A program made the translations under genes and the position numbers. From positions 73,049-137,048 of the forward strand of contig CAZXPC010000002.1 of NCBI GenBank assembly GCA_964643135.1: 64,000 nt of DNA, in the 5' to 3' direction. This DNA is from an uncultured Candidatus Saccharibacteria bacterium. GTDB lineage: Bacteria; Patescibacteriota; Minisyncoccia; UBA6257; Colwellbacteraceae. This document shows, piece after piece, positions 26,073-35,724 of the stretch. Within the stretch, counting starts at the first letter, position 1, and the number at the start of each line of letters is the position of its first letter. The notes beneath the pieces were generated by a model. The model worked only from the letters and a program-made list of their open reading frames with translations. It did no database searches and had not been told where the DNA came from.

Positions 26073-27482
26073 TTATTTTGGGGTTAACATACTCGGATCT
26101 TTTAAAGTGATTGAGGCAGAGAAAGATATGTTGGTCGTTTTTTCGAGGTCGGTTGGGGGGATCGGAGCCACAGTCCACATAGTTGAAGTATCAAGAGATT
26201 TCTTAAAGTTAGCCAGCTGTATCCTGGTTACGGCCGAGCCGGATATGCTGATCGCGCTTTGCGTACCGGCCGCGCTGAAATTGTTAATCGTGATGCCCGG
26301 CGTTATTTTAGTGCGCAGTTCGTCGAAAAAGATGCTCCAGTTGGGCGACCGGTCGATCACTGCTTTAACGGCCGCAACCATGGTATTGAATTTAGCAACT
26401 TTCGGTTCCAAGTCCGACCCATTTTGAGGCAGGGGACTAGTTGAAGACGCGGTATGGATGGACCGAGATTGGAGTGAGAGCATCAGTATCCACACCAGAA
26501 CGAAAGCGATTGCGATCACGGCGCTGATTGCAGCGATGGCGTCAGAAATGAATTTGGCAAAGAGCGTGTCTTTTTGGATTTCATAAGCCACTTCAGTGCC
26601 GACCGAAGTTAAGCTGATCAAGTTGTCTTCCGCCCGCGGCAAGAGCCCGCGCAAGGCGGCGCCCAGCGCGATGAGCCAGCTTTTCGGGTCGCCCGCTAAT
26701 TTCGGGTCGCCGGCAAACTTTTTCGCCATGGGCAACTCAGAGAGGTCGACGAACTTCTTGATGCTCTCATCGCTCACTTCATAAAAATCAGAAATCTTTT
26801 TAATTTCGGCATCAAGATCGGCGTCGGTCATGAGCCGGTTAATCATGCGGGAGAATTTGAGAGACTTGCCCTTCATGACTATGAAGCCGCTGTAACTCTT
26901 GCCTTTGACGATTACTAGAGTGGTTAGCTTGTCATCCAGCGCGATGCCGCGAACGAGGCTCAAGATATGAGTCTCAACGATAAACGGATTGAGGCCCGCC
27001 TTTTCTATGCTCTTTAAAAACGGGTCGACGATATTCTTGGGGATTAGCGCCAAGTAAACTTCGTTATCTTTTTCGGACGGAATCGTTTCCCAGTCGAGGT
27101 AAACGTCTTCGATCTTGACTGGTAGGTTAAAGCCGGCTGTGACCTTCATGGCGTCATTTATTTTCCCGCCGGGCAGAGTTTTAGGGAAAGAGAATATTTT
27201 TGAGTAAGCATTGAGGTCGCTTAAAGAGACGACGACATTTTTAACATGCCACTTAGTTTTGCCGATGAGCGATTTAAGGGCCGTTATAAAAGCCTCTTCG
27301 TTCTTTAAGATGCCGCTTTCGACAACACCGGCCGGGAGAGGCTCTTCGACAGCTTCTTTCACAAAAGTTAATTTAGCCCCACGGGTTTTGCCCAGCAAAA
27401 CTAACCGCAGAAATTCATCGCTAACTTCAAGCCCGCCAATAGGTTCTTTATCTGACAGCGCTTCGACTAGATTCAGTTTCAT
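26073..27482 (-). CDS. pilM: PilM-PilN fusion (actin-like ATPase domain, TM, periplasmic PilN-like domain)
   Basis: N-terminal PilM-like fold (…GGLEVSDEFLRLVLL…), a central TM (AIAAISAVIAIAFVLVWILMLSL) and a ~140-aa C-terminal domain. Confidence 0.55.
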   Translation of the reverse strand: MKLNLVEALSDKEPIGGLEVSDEFLRLVLLGKTRGAKLTFVKEAVEEPLPAGVVESGILKNEEAFITALKSLIGKTKWHVKNVVVSLSDLNAYSKIFSFPKTLPGGKINDAMKVTAGFNLPVKIEDVYLDWETIPSEKDNEVYLALIPKNIVDPFLKSIEKAGLNPFIVETHILSLVRGIALDDKLTTLVIVKGKSYSGFIVMKGKSLKFSRMINRLMTDADLDAEIKKISDFYEVSDESIKKFVDLSELPMAKKFAGDPKLAGDPKSWLIALGAALRGLLPRAEDNLISLTSVGTEVAYEIQKDTLFAKFISDAIAAISAVIAIAFVLVWILMLSLQSRSIHTASSTSPLPQNGSDLEPKVAKFNTMVAAVKAVIDRSPNWSIFFDELRTKITPGITINNFSAAGTQSAISISGSAVTRIQLANFKKSLDTSTMWTVAPIPPTDLEKTTNISFSASITLKDPSMLTPK

Positions 27483-27556
27483 CTTATAGATTATACATTA
27501 AAGAGGCATTTGGTATATAATTTTAAGATATCCACAGGCGCCCGTATTGCCGAGTT

Positions 27557-27584
27557 TTGCATTGGATGGGCGATGTAGTATAAT
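27557..27584 (+). promoter_or_regulatory. Sigma-70-like promoter for the pilin gene (TTGCAT, 16 nt spacer, TATAAT)
   Basis: Near-consensus -35/-10 hexamers 28 nt upstream of the pilin start codon. Confidence 0.45.
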
Positions 27585-27611
27585 AACCAGAGTTAATAAA
27601 TTAGTAATAAA

Positions 27612-28361
27612 ATGAATATAAATAAAGTTGTGGATGGAAAGCGGGTCAAAGGTTTCACATTGTTGGAACTTTTAATCGTTATCACCATCATTGCCATTTT
27701 GTCGGTTGCCCTAATCGTCGTCATCAACCCAGCTGAAACGCTCAAGAAATCTAGAGACACACAGAGAATCTCCGACATGGCTGCTTTGAAGACTGCCATT
27801 GGTATCTACACCACGACCGTATCGAGCCCTCTGATGGACAATGGAAGCAACACCCTTTGCCAGCCGACCACTGCTGGTACTTGGGCTAACAACGACCAAG
27901 TTTGGTACGACCAGACAGGCATGAATGCCACTATCACTTTTGCCGGCGGAACCAACAACACTAATCCGTTGTATGTCGGCAGTACCACGACAACTACAGG
28001 CGGCAGCGGCTGGTTGCCGATTAACTTCAATGCTATTACCGGCGGCTCTCCGATCTCCAACTTGCCGTTAGACCCGAGCAATACCTTTGCACCCGGCTCT
28101 GCCCCGATAGGCAACACAAATTCCTCAGTAGACAGGCCTAATGCAAATGCCCTGGTTTATCGCTATGCTTGTTTCTCTACAACTTTATTGCAGTACGAAA
28201 TTGATGCCACACTAGAAAGTGCCGCCTATGGGAACTCTGCTACCGGCAGCGACAACAAAATGGCCAGTGATGGGGGCAACTCGACGATTCAATACGAAGT
28301 TGGTACAAACCTCAGCATCCTTGGAGCCAATACGACTAACAACGGTACGGCCGGGTTCTAG
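27612..28361 (+). CDS. pilA: Type IV major pilin (prepilin N-terminal cleavage/methylation domain)
   Basis: …KRVKG|FTLLELLIVITIIAILSVALIVV… with Gly at -1 and Glu at +5. C-terminal region is S/T/N/G-rich with at least 9 N-x-S/T sequons. Confidence 0.85.
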   Translation: MNINKVVDGKRVKGFTLLELLIVITIIAILSVALIVVINPAETLKKSRDTQRISDMAALKTAIGIYTTTVSSPLMDNGSNTLCQPTTAGTWANNDQVWYDQTGMNATITFAGGTNNTNPLYVGSTTTTTGGSGWLPINFNAITGGSPISNLPLDPSNTFAPGSAPIGNTNSSVDRPNANALVYRYACFSTTLLQYEIDATLESAAYGNSATGSDNKMASDGGNSTIQYEVGTNLSILGANTTNNGTAGF

Positions 28362-28382
28362 CACCTTTTCTTAGACAGAGAA

Positions 28383-28409
28383 AAACGCCCCGATGAGGGG
28401 CGTTTTTTA
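28383..28409 (+). terminator. Strong rho-independent terminator (AACGCCCC-GATG-AGGGGCGTT plus TTTTTT)
   Basis: 8-bp GC-rich stem, tetraloop and U-run directly after the pilin gene. Confidence 0.8.
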
Positions 28410-28469
28410 ATTGCTCTGGAGTTACTCCACTTTGTCTTGTAATATACGAATTGACCATTACATAAACAC

Positions 28470-30086
28470 ATGACCAGATTGCTGTTGATAATTTACTTGT
28501 CCGCTATTTTTTTTGCCGCTTTGTATCCAGTATTCGATATCGACCTGGGTTATGTCATGAGAACCGGACAATATGTAGTTCAGAATCTTCAGGTGCCCAC
28601 TCATGATATCTTCTCCTTTTCCGCCGCCGGCGCGCCTTGGATAGCTCACTATTGGTTCTCAGGGGTTATTTTTTATATTACTCAACTGTTTTTTGGAATA
28701 AATGGGTTAATTGTTCTAGTGGGGATTATTGCCGCGGCAACGTACTTCTTTGTTATCAAGAAGGTTGCGCTTCATTTTAAAGACAATATTACTTTCTTCT
28801 GGCTTATTTTTGTAATAGGTTCTTTCTATTTTGCCTGGAGCGTCAGGGCTCAAATTTTTACCAACCTATTTTTAGCCATAACTCTATTTTTGCTTGAGAG
28901 ATATGAAGTTGATCATAAGAAAATCAGCCTCTATCTGATTCCTCCGCTAGTCATTTTCTGGGCCAACATGCACGCGGGTGTCGCTGTTATTTTGCCGATC
29001 ATTGTTTTGTGGATTCTGAGTAAGGTGATCGAACACAAATTTAGCCTCCAAAATATAAAGACAGAAATATTGTTGGCGGTTTCGGTATTTGTGGCCACGG
29101 TTGTAAATCCTTGGGGTTACAAGCTTTTGATGTATCAATTTTATGTAGATAAATATAATACACAATTTGTTACGCTCCTGGGCTTTTCCAATTTCGCCAT
29201 TGTTAGAGCGCTGATTTTTCTAATGGTAGCTTTTTCGGCCTTCATTTTGTTCAGACAATTATCAAAGTTGATAAAAGGCAAGGCAGTAAACTTCTTTGAG
29301 ATTGGCCTCACCGTTTTTGCGTTAGCTATGCCCCTTATCTCTGTGAGGCATATGATAATGTTCCCGATTATAGTTTTCCCGATTTTTGTTAAAGAATGGC
29401 ATAACTTTACCAAAGAGGGCCATTTTAAAGTTGAAAACCCCGGCAGATTTAGTGTTTATCTTCTTGTTTTAGGCCTCGGATTTATAGTTTGGCCGCTTAT
29501 CAATATTAAATCTAGATTTAATATTGATGAGAGTCTGCTGCCGAATAAAGGGGTCGATTTTATCAAGACTGCCAATGTCCCTGGCCCGACTTTTAATACT
29601 ATCGAATACGGTGGTTGGCTGATTTGGAAGCTTTGGCCGGACCGAAAGGTATATATCGATGGTCGCAATGACGTCTATTATGGAGGCATGATGGACGAAT
29701 ATCGCTCGATTCTTGCCGAGGCTCCCGGGTGGGAACATGTTGTTAATGATAAATATAAATTCGAATCTTTCATTATGTTTTATCGATCGGACAACCGTCC
29801 TTTTCAGTCCCAGGTAGGAAAATTAAGTGGGGATCTTATAGATAAATTAGATTTCAAATTGGTTTATTGGGACGATGCATCGATTGTTCTGGTTCGCGAT
29901 ACTCCTGAGAATTCTGAAATAATAAAAAAATACGGTTATAACATAATAAGACCATTTAAAAATCCATCAGTATTTTCTAAAGGAGATAGAATAATAGCCT
30001 TGGCCGAAGTTGAGCGCGCTCTGCGGATATCGCCAGACTCAGCGGTCTTACGAGACTTCAAAAGATTAATTTTAGAAAATCAGTAA
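28470..30086 (+). CDS. GT-C-like polytopic membrane glycosyltransferase paralog 1 (about 11-12 TM plus C-terminal soluble domain)
   Basis: Family motifs DLGY…KTGQYVVQNLQVPTHDIFSFSAAGAPWIAHYWFSG, WANMHAGV, GGWLIWKLWPDRKVYIDGRNDVY, KYKF, LVYWDDASIVLVRDT, ISPDS. Confidence 0.55.
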   Translation: MTRLLLIIYLSAIFFAALYPVFDIDLGYVMRTGQYVVQNLQVPTHDIFSFSAAGAPWIAHYWFSGVIFYITQLFFGINGLIVLVGIIAAATYFFVIKKVALHFKDNITFFWLIFVIGSFYFAWSVRAQIFTNLFLAITLFLLERYEVDHKKISLYLIPPLVIFWANMHAGVAVILPIIVLWILSKVIEHKFSLQNIKTEILLAVSVFVATVVNPWGYKLLMYQFYVDKYNTQFVTLLGFSNFAIVRALIFLMVAFSAFILFRQLSKLIKGKAVNFFEIGLTVFALAMPLISVRHMIMFPIIVFPIFVKEWHNFTKEGHFKVENPGRFSVYLLVLGLGFIVWPLINIKSRFNIDESLLPNKGVDFIKTANVPGPTFNTIEYGGWLIWKLWPDRKVYIDGRNDVYYGGMMDEYRSILAEAPGWEHVVNDKYKFESFIMFYRSDNRPFQSQVGKLSGDLIDKLDFKLVYWDDASIVLVRDTPENSEIIKKYGYNIIRPFKNPSVFSKGDRIIALAEVERALRISPDSAVLRDFKRLILENQ

Positions 30087-30088
30087 AG

Positions 30089-31717
30089 ATGTTCAACTCT
30101 TTGATTATAGTTTACTTATTCGCCGTTTTTATTTATGTGTTGGCGCCAATCGATAATGTTGATATTGGTTATATTTTAAAGACCGGTCAATATGTAGTTC
30201 AGAATCTTCAGGTGCCCACTCATGATATCTTCTCCTTTTCCGCCGCCGGCGCGCCTTGGATAGCTCACTATTGGTTCTCAGGGGTTTTGATGTATCTCGT
30301 TGTCCACTTCTTGGGTTTTTATGCCTTGATAGCCACCACGGCTCTGATTGCTGCCTTGACGTATTGGCTGGTTGTGAAGAAGTTCCAGCTTTATTTTAAA
30401 GATCCGTCGTTGGCGCTTCTATTGATTTTTCCAACCAGCATCTTGATATTTGGTTTTTGGAGTCCAAGGGGACAAATTTTTACCAATCTCTTCACCGGTT
30501 TATTTTTGTTTTTAATCGAAAAATGGAGACTGCAGAAAACAAAGATTATTCCTTATGTCATACCGCCTCTTGTCGTGCTCTGGGCCAATTTACATGCCGG
30601 AGTGATACTTGGTCTCGCCATCCTTGGTTTGTGGATGGTTGTAAGTTTTATAGAAGCCAGATTTGATCTAACAAAAATAAAAACCCAAGTTATGGTTTTC
30701 TTTGTCTCATGTCTTGCTTCGCTTGTAAATCCTTGGGGCTATAAGCTTCTGACGATCCAATCGTATGTCTATAAAGATAATGCCGAATTCCAATCGATAT
30801 TCAATGCTCTCGATAATCCCACCTTTTCCCTATTTCTCATAACTATGATTTTATCGCTGGGGTTTATTATTTACAGAAAGGTTCTCTACTGCAGAAGAAA
30901 TAAAACGATAGACCTATGGAATTTCGGCATTATGCTTTCTGCGTTTCTCATGCCCATTTTCGCGATAAGGCATGTGGTCTTGGTTCCGTTATTTATTCTT
31001 CCCCTATTGGCCAAAGATCTGTGGGAATTTTGGATTGAAATACGTCCCCGATTTAACAAACGCAAGCTATATATCGCGACTTTGGCAATTGGTTTGATGT
31101 TAATTATTTTAAGGCTGCCTTTTATATTCGGTATGGAAAGCGTTAATAGCCATAATATGCCGGTCAGTGTGGCCAATTTTATTAGAGAGCAGGGCGTTGC
31201 CGGACCTTTGTTTAACTCAAGTGTTTCCGGAGGGTGGCTTATTTGGCAACTCTGGCCCGGACATAGGGCTTATTTTGATAGCCGGAATGATGTTTATTCC
31301 AGCCAGATCTATGATGAGTATCTTAATATATTAAAGAAGGGAGATGGGTGGCAGGAAATTGTTAATGAGAAATATAAATTTAACGCTTTTCTAATTAATT
31401 ATCGTCTTTCCAAATCCGTTTATGTGCAAAAAACGATAGGATCGCTGATTGATTCGCTAATCGATGATTTACATTTCAAGTTGGTTTATTGGGATGACGT
31501 CGCCGTCATCCTGGTACGAGATACGAAGGATACTCAGGAAGTCATCAATAAGTATGACTATCATCTGATTAGGCCTTTCCAAAACCCAAGCTATTTCATA
31601 TCTCCCAAAGACCGACTTGATGCGATCGCCGAGGTCGATAGAGCTCTTAGCGTGTCACCGGATTCGACGGTGTTGCAAGATCTAAGAAATAGACTTTTGA
31701 AGCTAAACGGGGAATAA
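30089..31717 (+). CDS. GT-C-like membrane glycosyltransferase paralog 2
   Basis: Same motif set as paralog 1. A ~100-nt stretch (30181-30290) is nucleotide-identical to 28561-28670. Confidence 0.55.
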   Translation: MFNSLIIVYLFAVFIYVLAPIDNVDIGYILKTGQYVVQNLQVPTHDIFSFSAAGAPWIAHYWFSGVLMYLVVHFLGFYALIATTALIAALTYWLVVKKFQLYFKDPSLALLLIFPTSILIFGFWSPRGQIFTNLFTGLFLFLIEKWRLQKTKIIPYVIPPLVVLWANLHAGVILGLAILGLWMVVSFIEARFDLTKIKTQVMVFFVSCLASLVNPWGYKLLTIQSYVYKDNAEFQSIFNALDNPTFSLFLITMILSLGFIIYRKVLYCRRNKTIDLWNFGIMLSAFLMPIFAIRHVVLVPLFILPLLAKDLWEFWIEIRPRFNKRKLYIATLAIGLMLIILRLPFIFGMESVNSHNMPVSVANFIREQGVAGPLFNSSVSGGWLIWQLWPGHRAYFDSRNDVYSSQIYDEYLNILKKGDGWQEIVNEKYKFNAFLINYRLSKSVYVQKTIGSLIDSLIDDLHFKLVYWDDVAVILVRDTKDTQEVINKYDYHLIRPFQNPSYFISPKDRLDAIAEVDRALSVSPDSTVLQDLRNRLLKLNGE

Positions 31718-31734
31718 TATACGGATATTTCAAA

Positions 31735-32358
31735 ATGGATAACAAGCACCTGGTCATGCCCGAAGATCATATGGATGAGCTCTATAACTCATCCAACCCT
31801 ATTGTTAAGTTTGTGCACCGCGCCAGATTGAAGGCTATTATGGACGTTATGCCCGAGACTAAAGGATTAAAAGTTCTGGACGCCGGCTGCGGGGAGGGGC
31901 ATTTAATTGAAATGCTCAATACTAAATTTCCGGAGAATAAATATTATGGAGCTGATGTGACCGAGGTGGCGCTTAAGCGCGCGCGCGGAAGGTGTCCGCT
32001 TGCCGATTTTAGACTCGAAGACTTAAGCGACTTGAAGTTTGAAGATAAATATTTCGATGTCGTTATTATTACCGAAGTCTTGGAACACATTTTTGATTAT
32101 AAGAAAGTTATTACAGAGCTGAAGAGAGTTCTTAAGAAGGGCGGTATTTTAATCATCACTTTTCCGAATGAATTTCTCTGGACGGCTGGCAGGTTTGTTC
32201 TTGGGATAAGGCCGCCAAAAGTTCCGGACCATGTTAACTCTTTTAGCCCAGCTCAAATAGAAAACCTTGCTGGGATGAGAGTCGTAGACCGGCGAGGGTT
32301 GCCTCTGCGTTGGCCTTTCTTGATATCCTTAGGCTATTTGATCAAGTTTAAGAAATAA
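31735..32358 (+). CDS. Class I SAM-dependent methyltransferase
   Basis: Motif I VLDAGCGEGHLIEML. Post-I acidic GADV. Motif III LKKGGILIITFP. Confidence 0.75.
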   Translation: MDNKHLVMPEDHMDELYNSSNPIVKFVHRARLKAIMDVMPETKGLKVLDAGCGEGHLIEMLNTKFPENKYYGADVTEVALKRARGRCPLADFRLEDLSDLKFEDKYFDVVIITEVLEHIFDYKKVITELKRVLKKGGILIITFPNEFLWTAGRFVLGIRPPKVPDHVNSFSPAQIENLAGMRVVDRRGLPLRWPFLISLGYLIKFKK

Positions 32359-34011
32359 ATGACTTCGGCCAATAAAAATATCTTCCTCACCGCAATCTTC
32401 CTTTGCGCAGTCTTCTTATTCACCTTTTTCGCGATTAACAACACCGACTTAGGCTTCATCCTTAAGACTGGCCAATATATTTGGGAGCATCATGAGATTC
32501 CTCACAATGATATCTTCTCTTTCTCCGCCCCGGGCGTAGATTGGATCGCCCACTATTGGCTAACTGGCGTGTTATTCTACGGCATCTTCCTGCTAGGAGG
32601 CTACCTGGGCCTTAAGATCAGTGTGGCCTTGGTGGCTGCGCTGACCTTCTTCTTTGTTATCAAAAGGTTTGGCCTCTACAGCAAGGATTATCCTTTGTTC
32701 TTAATTCTCTTCTATCCGCTGACTTTCTTCTCGTTTGAATTTTGGAATGTCCGAGGTGAGAACTTCTCGAATCTCTTTCTGGCTATACTCTTATACCTTA
32801 TTGATCAATGGAGATTCAAGAAATCAAAGTGGGCGCTCTATCTAATTCCTCTCTTATCCATGCTGTGGGCCAATATGCATGGGGGAGTGCTGTTGGGGTT
32901 GGCGATACTCGGTTTCTGGGCGGCCGTTAGCCTATATGAAGCACATTTTGCGTTGTCAAAGATCAAAATACAGGCTTCTGTTTTTGTCGCCGCCTGTTTG
33001 GCGTCCCTTCTCAACCCATTCGGTTACAAGTCGCCACTTCTTCTCTTCTTGCTGAACTCGAAGGGGATTAGTGAATTTGATTCGCTCTTTGCGTTTGTTT
33101 TTGGACATGCGCCAAATCTACTGAGATACATAGCCTTTGGCATTATGGTGTTCGCGGCTGGGTTTCTGATTTGGAGACAATATTCGTTATGGAAAAGAGG
33201 CCGCTCGTTTGGAAAATTATTTGATATTGGTCTTGTATCGGTGGCATTTTTAATGCCCTTGATGTCAATCAGGTACATGGTTTTTTTGCCTCTTATAGCC
33301 TTGCCTTTCGTAATTGGAGAATTAAGCAGTTTTCTCACGGAGAGATTCCCGAATCAAGATCGGGAGAATCTTTTTAAGGCCGCGGTTGGGGTCGGCCTAA
33401 TTTTAATAGTTCTCCGTTTGCCGTTTGTCTTGTCCGAGCCTGATGTTAATACTGCCGCTATTCCTGTCGCTGCAACTGATTTTATTAAGAACGCGAATGT
33501 TCCAGAGCCTCTATTCAATAATTTGGAGAATGGAGGTTGGTTGATCTGGAAACTTTGGCCCGAGAGGAAAGTTTTTATCGACGGCCGTTCGGATATATAT
33601 AAATATGGAGTCTACGATGATTATCTTGATATTCGTTCCATGTCGAACGGCTGGGTAAATTTAGTTAACGAGAAATACAAATTTAATTCTTTTCTTCTTA
33701 GCTACCGCCTTAGCAAGGAGACTGAGATCCCTGTGAGTAATTTGATGAATAAATTGAATGATCTAGGGTTTAGGCTTATTTATTGGGATGATAACTATAT
33801 TATTCTGGTACGCGATACGCCTGAAAATCAGCCAATAATTAAAAAATATGCTTATTATTTCATCAAACCATTCCAAAACTCGGCTTCACTGCCGCCGGAT
33901 AAGCTGCCGTTGGCGCTAGAAGAAGTGCGTCGAGCCCTTAGCATTTCTCCGGATTCTAAGATTCTGCAGAATTTAGAAAAAAGCATTTTGAATATAATTA
34001 ACCTGCAATGA
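32359..34011 (+). CDS. GT-C-like membrane glycosyltransferase paralog 3
   Basis: Same motif set (…TGQYIWEHHEIPHNDIFSFSAPGVDWIAHYW…, WANMHGGV, LIYWDDNYIILVRDT). Confidence 0.55.
   Translation: MTSANKNIFLTAIFLCAVFLFTFFAINNTDLGFILKTGQYIWEHHEIPHNDIFSFSAPGVDWIAHYWLTGVLFYGIFLLGGYLGLKISVALVAALTFFFVIKRFGLYSKDYPLFLILFYPLTFFSFEFWNVRGENFSNLFLAILLYLIDQWRFKKSKWALYLIPLLSMLWANMHGGVLLGLAILGFWAAVSLYEAHFALSKIKIQASVFVAACLASLLNPFGYKSPLLLFLLNSKGISEFDSLFAFVFGHAPNLLRYIAFGIMVFAAGFLIWRQYSLWKRGRSFGKLFDIGLVSVAFLMPLMSIRYMVFLPLIALPFVIGELSSFLTERFPNQDRENLFKAAVGVGLILIVLRLPFVLSEPDVNTAAIPVAATDFIKNANVPEPLFNNLENGGWLIWKLWPERKVFIDGRSDIYKYGVYDDYLDIRSMSNGWVNLVNEKYKFNSFLLSYRLSKETEIPVSNLMNKLNDLGFRLIYWDDNYIILVRDTPENQPIIKKYAYYFIKPFQNSASLPPDKLPLALEEVRRALSISPDSKILQNLEKSILNIINLQ
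32386..33075 (+). repeat. Direct repeat (5' half of GT-C paralog 3), ~625 bp perfect then slightly diverged; partner at 34095-34784
   Basis: Nucleotide identity between the two gene 5' halves. Downstream segments alternate between diverged and near-identical. Confidence 0.85.
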
Positions 34012-34064
34012 TTGTTTTTGGTTACTTACTCTGTGTTACACTTATTTAATTAGAAATTATCCTA

Positions 34065-35720
34065 ATGACGTCTGTAAGCAAAAACGCTCTACTCACCGCA
34101 ATCTTCCTTTGCGCAGTCTTCTTATTCACCTTTTTCGCGATTAACAACACCGACTTAGGCTTCATCCTTAAGACTGGCCAATATATTTGGGAGCATCATG
34201 AGATTCCTCACAATGATATCTTCTCTTTCTCCGCCCCGGGCGTAGATTGGATCGCCCACTATTGGCTAACTGGCGTGTTATTCTACGGCATCTTCCTGCT
34301 AGGAGGCTACCTGGGCCTTAAGATCAGTGTGGCCTTGGTGGCTGCGCTGACCTTCTTCTTTGTTATCAAAAGGTTTGGCCTCTACAGCAAGGATTATCCT
34401 TTGTTCTTAATTCTCTTCTATCCGCTGACTTTCTTCTCGTTTGAATTTTGGAATGTCCGAGGTGAGAACTTCTCGAATCTCTTTCTGGCTATACTCTTAT
34501 ACCTTATTGATCAATGGAGATTCAAGAAATCAAAGTGGGCGCTCTATCTAATTCCTCTCTTATCCATGCTGTGGGCCAATATGCATGGGGGAGTGCTGTT
34601 GGGGTTGGCGATACTCGGTTTCTGGGCGGCCGTTAGCCTATATGAAGCACATTTTGCGTTGTCAAAGATCAAAATACAGGCTTCTGTTTTTGTCGCCGCC
34701 TGTTTGGCGTCCCTTCTGAACCCATTCGGTTACAAGTCGCCCCTGCTTCTATTTCTGCTGAACTCGAAGGGGATTAGTGAATTCCAGTCCATACTTGCTG
34801 ACTTTATATCCGAACCGGACATGATGCGAAATGTCGCTCTCGGCGCTATGGTCTTGACCACTGTTTTCCTGATGTGGAGGCAGTATTCGTCGAGAAAGAA
34901 TGATCGCCGGCCCGGCAGGCTATACGAGACCGGCCTGGTACTTGTGGCATTTATTATGCCCATGGTGTCGGTTCGCTATACAGTTTTTTTCCCGCTCATA
35001 ACTTTGCCTTTGATGATCAAGGAGTTAAGCATTTTCCTCAAGGAAAAATTCCCAGAGCAGGACGCGGGGAGTCTTTGGAAGGCGGCGCTCGGTGTTGGGT
35101 TTATTATGATCGCCGGCCGTTTGCCATTCGTTATATCGCAGCCCGATATTAATACTGAGGCGATCGCGGTTGGCGCGACTGACTTTGTTAAGAACGCGAA
35201 TGTTCCAGAGCCCTTATTTAATGGTCTGGGGAACGGCGGCTGGCTCATTTGGAAACTTTGGCCCGAGAGGAAAGTTTTTATCGACGGGCGTTCCGACATA
35301 TACAAATATGGAGTGTACGATGACTACCTTACTATCGAGTCGCAGTCTGACGGCTGGATAAATTTAGTTAATGAGAAATATAAATTTAATTCCTTCTTGG
35401 TTCCTTATCGTTCGAGCCAGGCGACTGCCATAGCCATGAGCCATTTAATAGATCAGCTGACCAATGACTTGGGGTTTAAACTTATATACTGGGATAACGA
35501 TTATATTATTCTGGCGCGCGATACGCCGGAGAATCAGGAAATTATTAAAAAATATGCCTATTCTGTTATAGGGCCCTTTAAGAACCCAGCTTCTATACCT
35601 AAAGATAAGCGGAAGTTAGCCCTGGAAGAGATTCGGCGCGCCCTCTCTATTTCTCCGGATTCCAAGGTTCTAAAAGATTGGGAAAGCAACATGGCTTTCT
35701 TAGCCAATCTCAGCAAATAA
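34065..35720 (+). CDS. GT-C-like membrane glycosyltransferase paralog 4 (N-terminal ~238 aa identical to paralog 3)
   Basis: Same motifs. Nucleotides ~34095-34784 are a near-perfect direct repeat of ~32386-33075. Confidence 0.55.
   Translation: MTSVSKNALLTAIFLCAVFLFTFFAINNTDLGFILKTGQYIWEHHEIPHNDIFSFSAPGVDWIAHYWLTGVLFYGIFLLGGYLGLKISVALVAALTFFFVIKRFGLYSKDYPLFLILFYPLTFFSFEFWNVRGENFSNLFLAILLYLIDQWRFKKSKWALYLIPLLSMLWANMHGGVLLGLAILGFWAAVSLYEAHFALSKIKIQASVFVAACLASLLNPFGYKSPLLLFLLNSKGISEFQSILADFISEPDMMRNVALGAMVLTTVFLMWRQYSSRKNDRRPGRLYETGLVLVAFIMPMVSVRYTVFFPLITLPLMIKELSIFLKEKFPEQDAGSLWKAALGVGFIMIAGRLPFVISQPDINTEAIAVGATDFVKNANVPEPLFNGLGNGGWLIWKLWPERKVFIDGRSDIYKYGVYDDYLTIESQSDGWINLVNEKYKFNSFLVPYRSSQATAIAMSHLIDQLTNDLGFKLIYWDNDYIILARDTPENQEIIKKYAYSVIGPFKNPASIPKDKRKLALEEIRRALSISPDSKVLKDWESNMAFLANLSK
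34095..34784 (+). repeat. Direct repeat (5' half of GT-C paralog 4); partner at 32386-33075
   Basis: See the partner entry. Confidence 0.85.
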
Positions 35721-35724
35721 GGCC

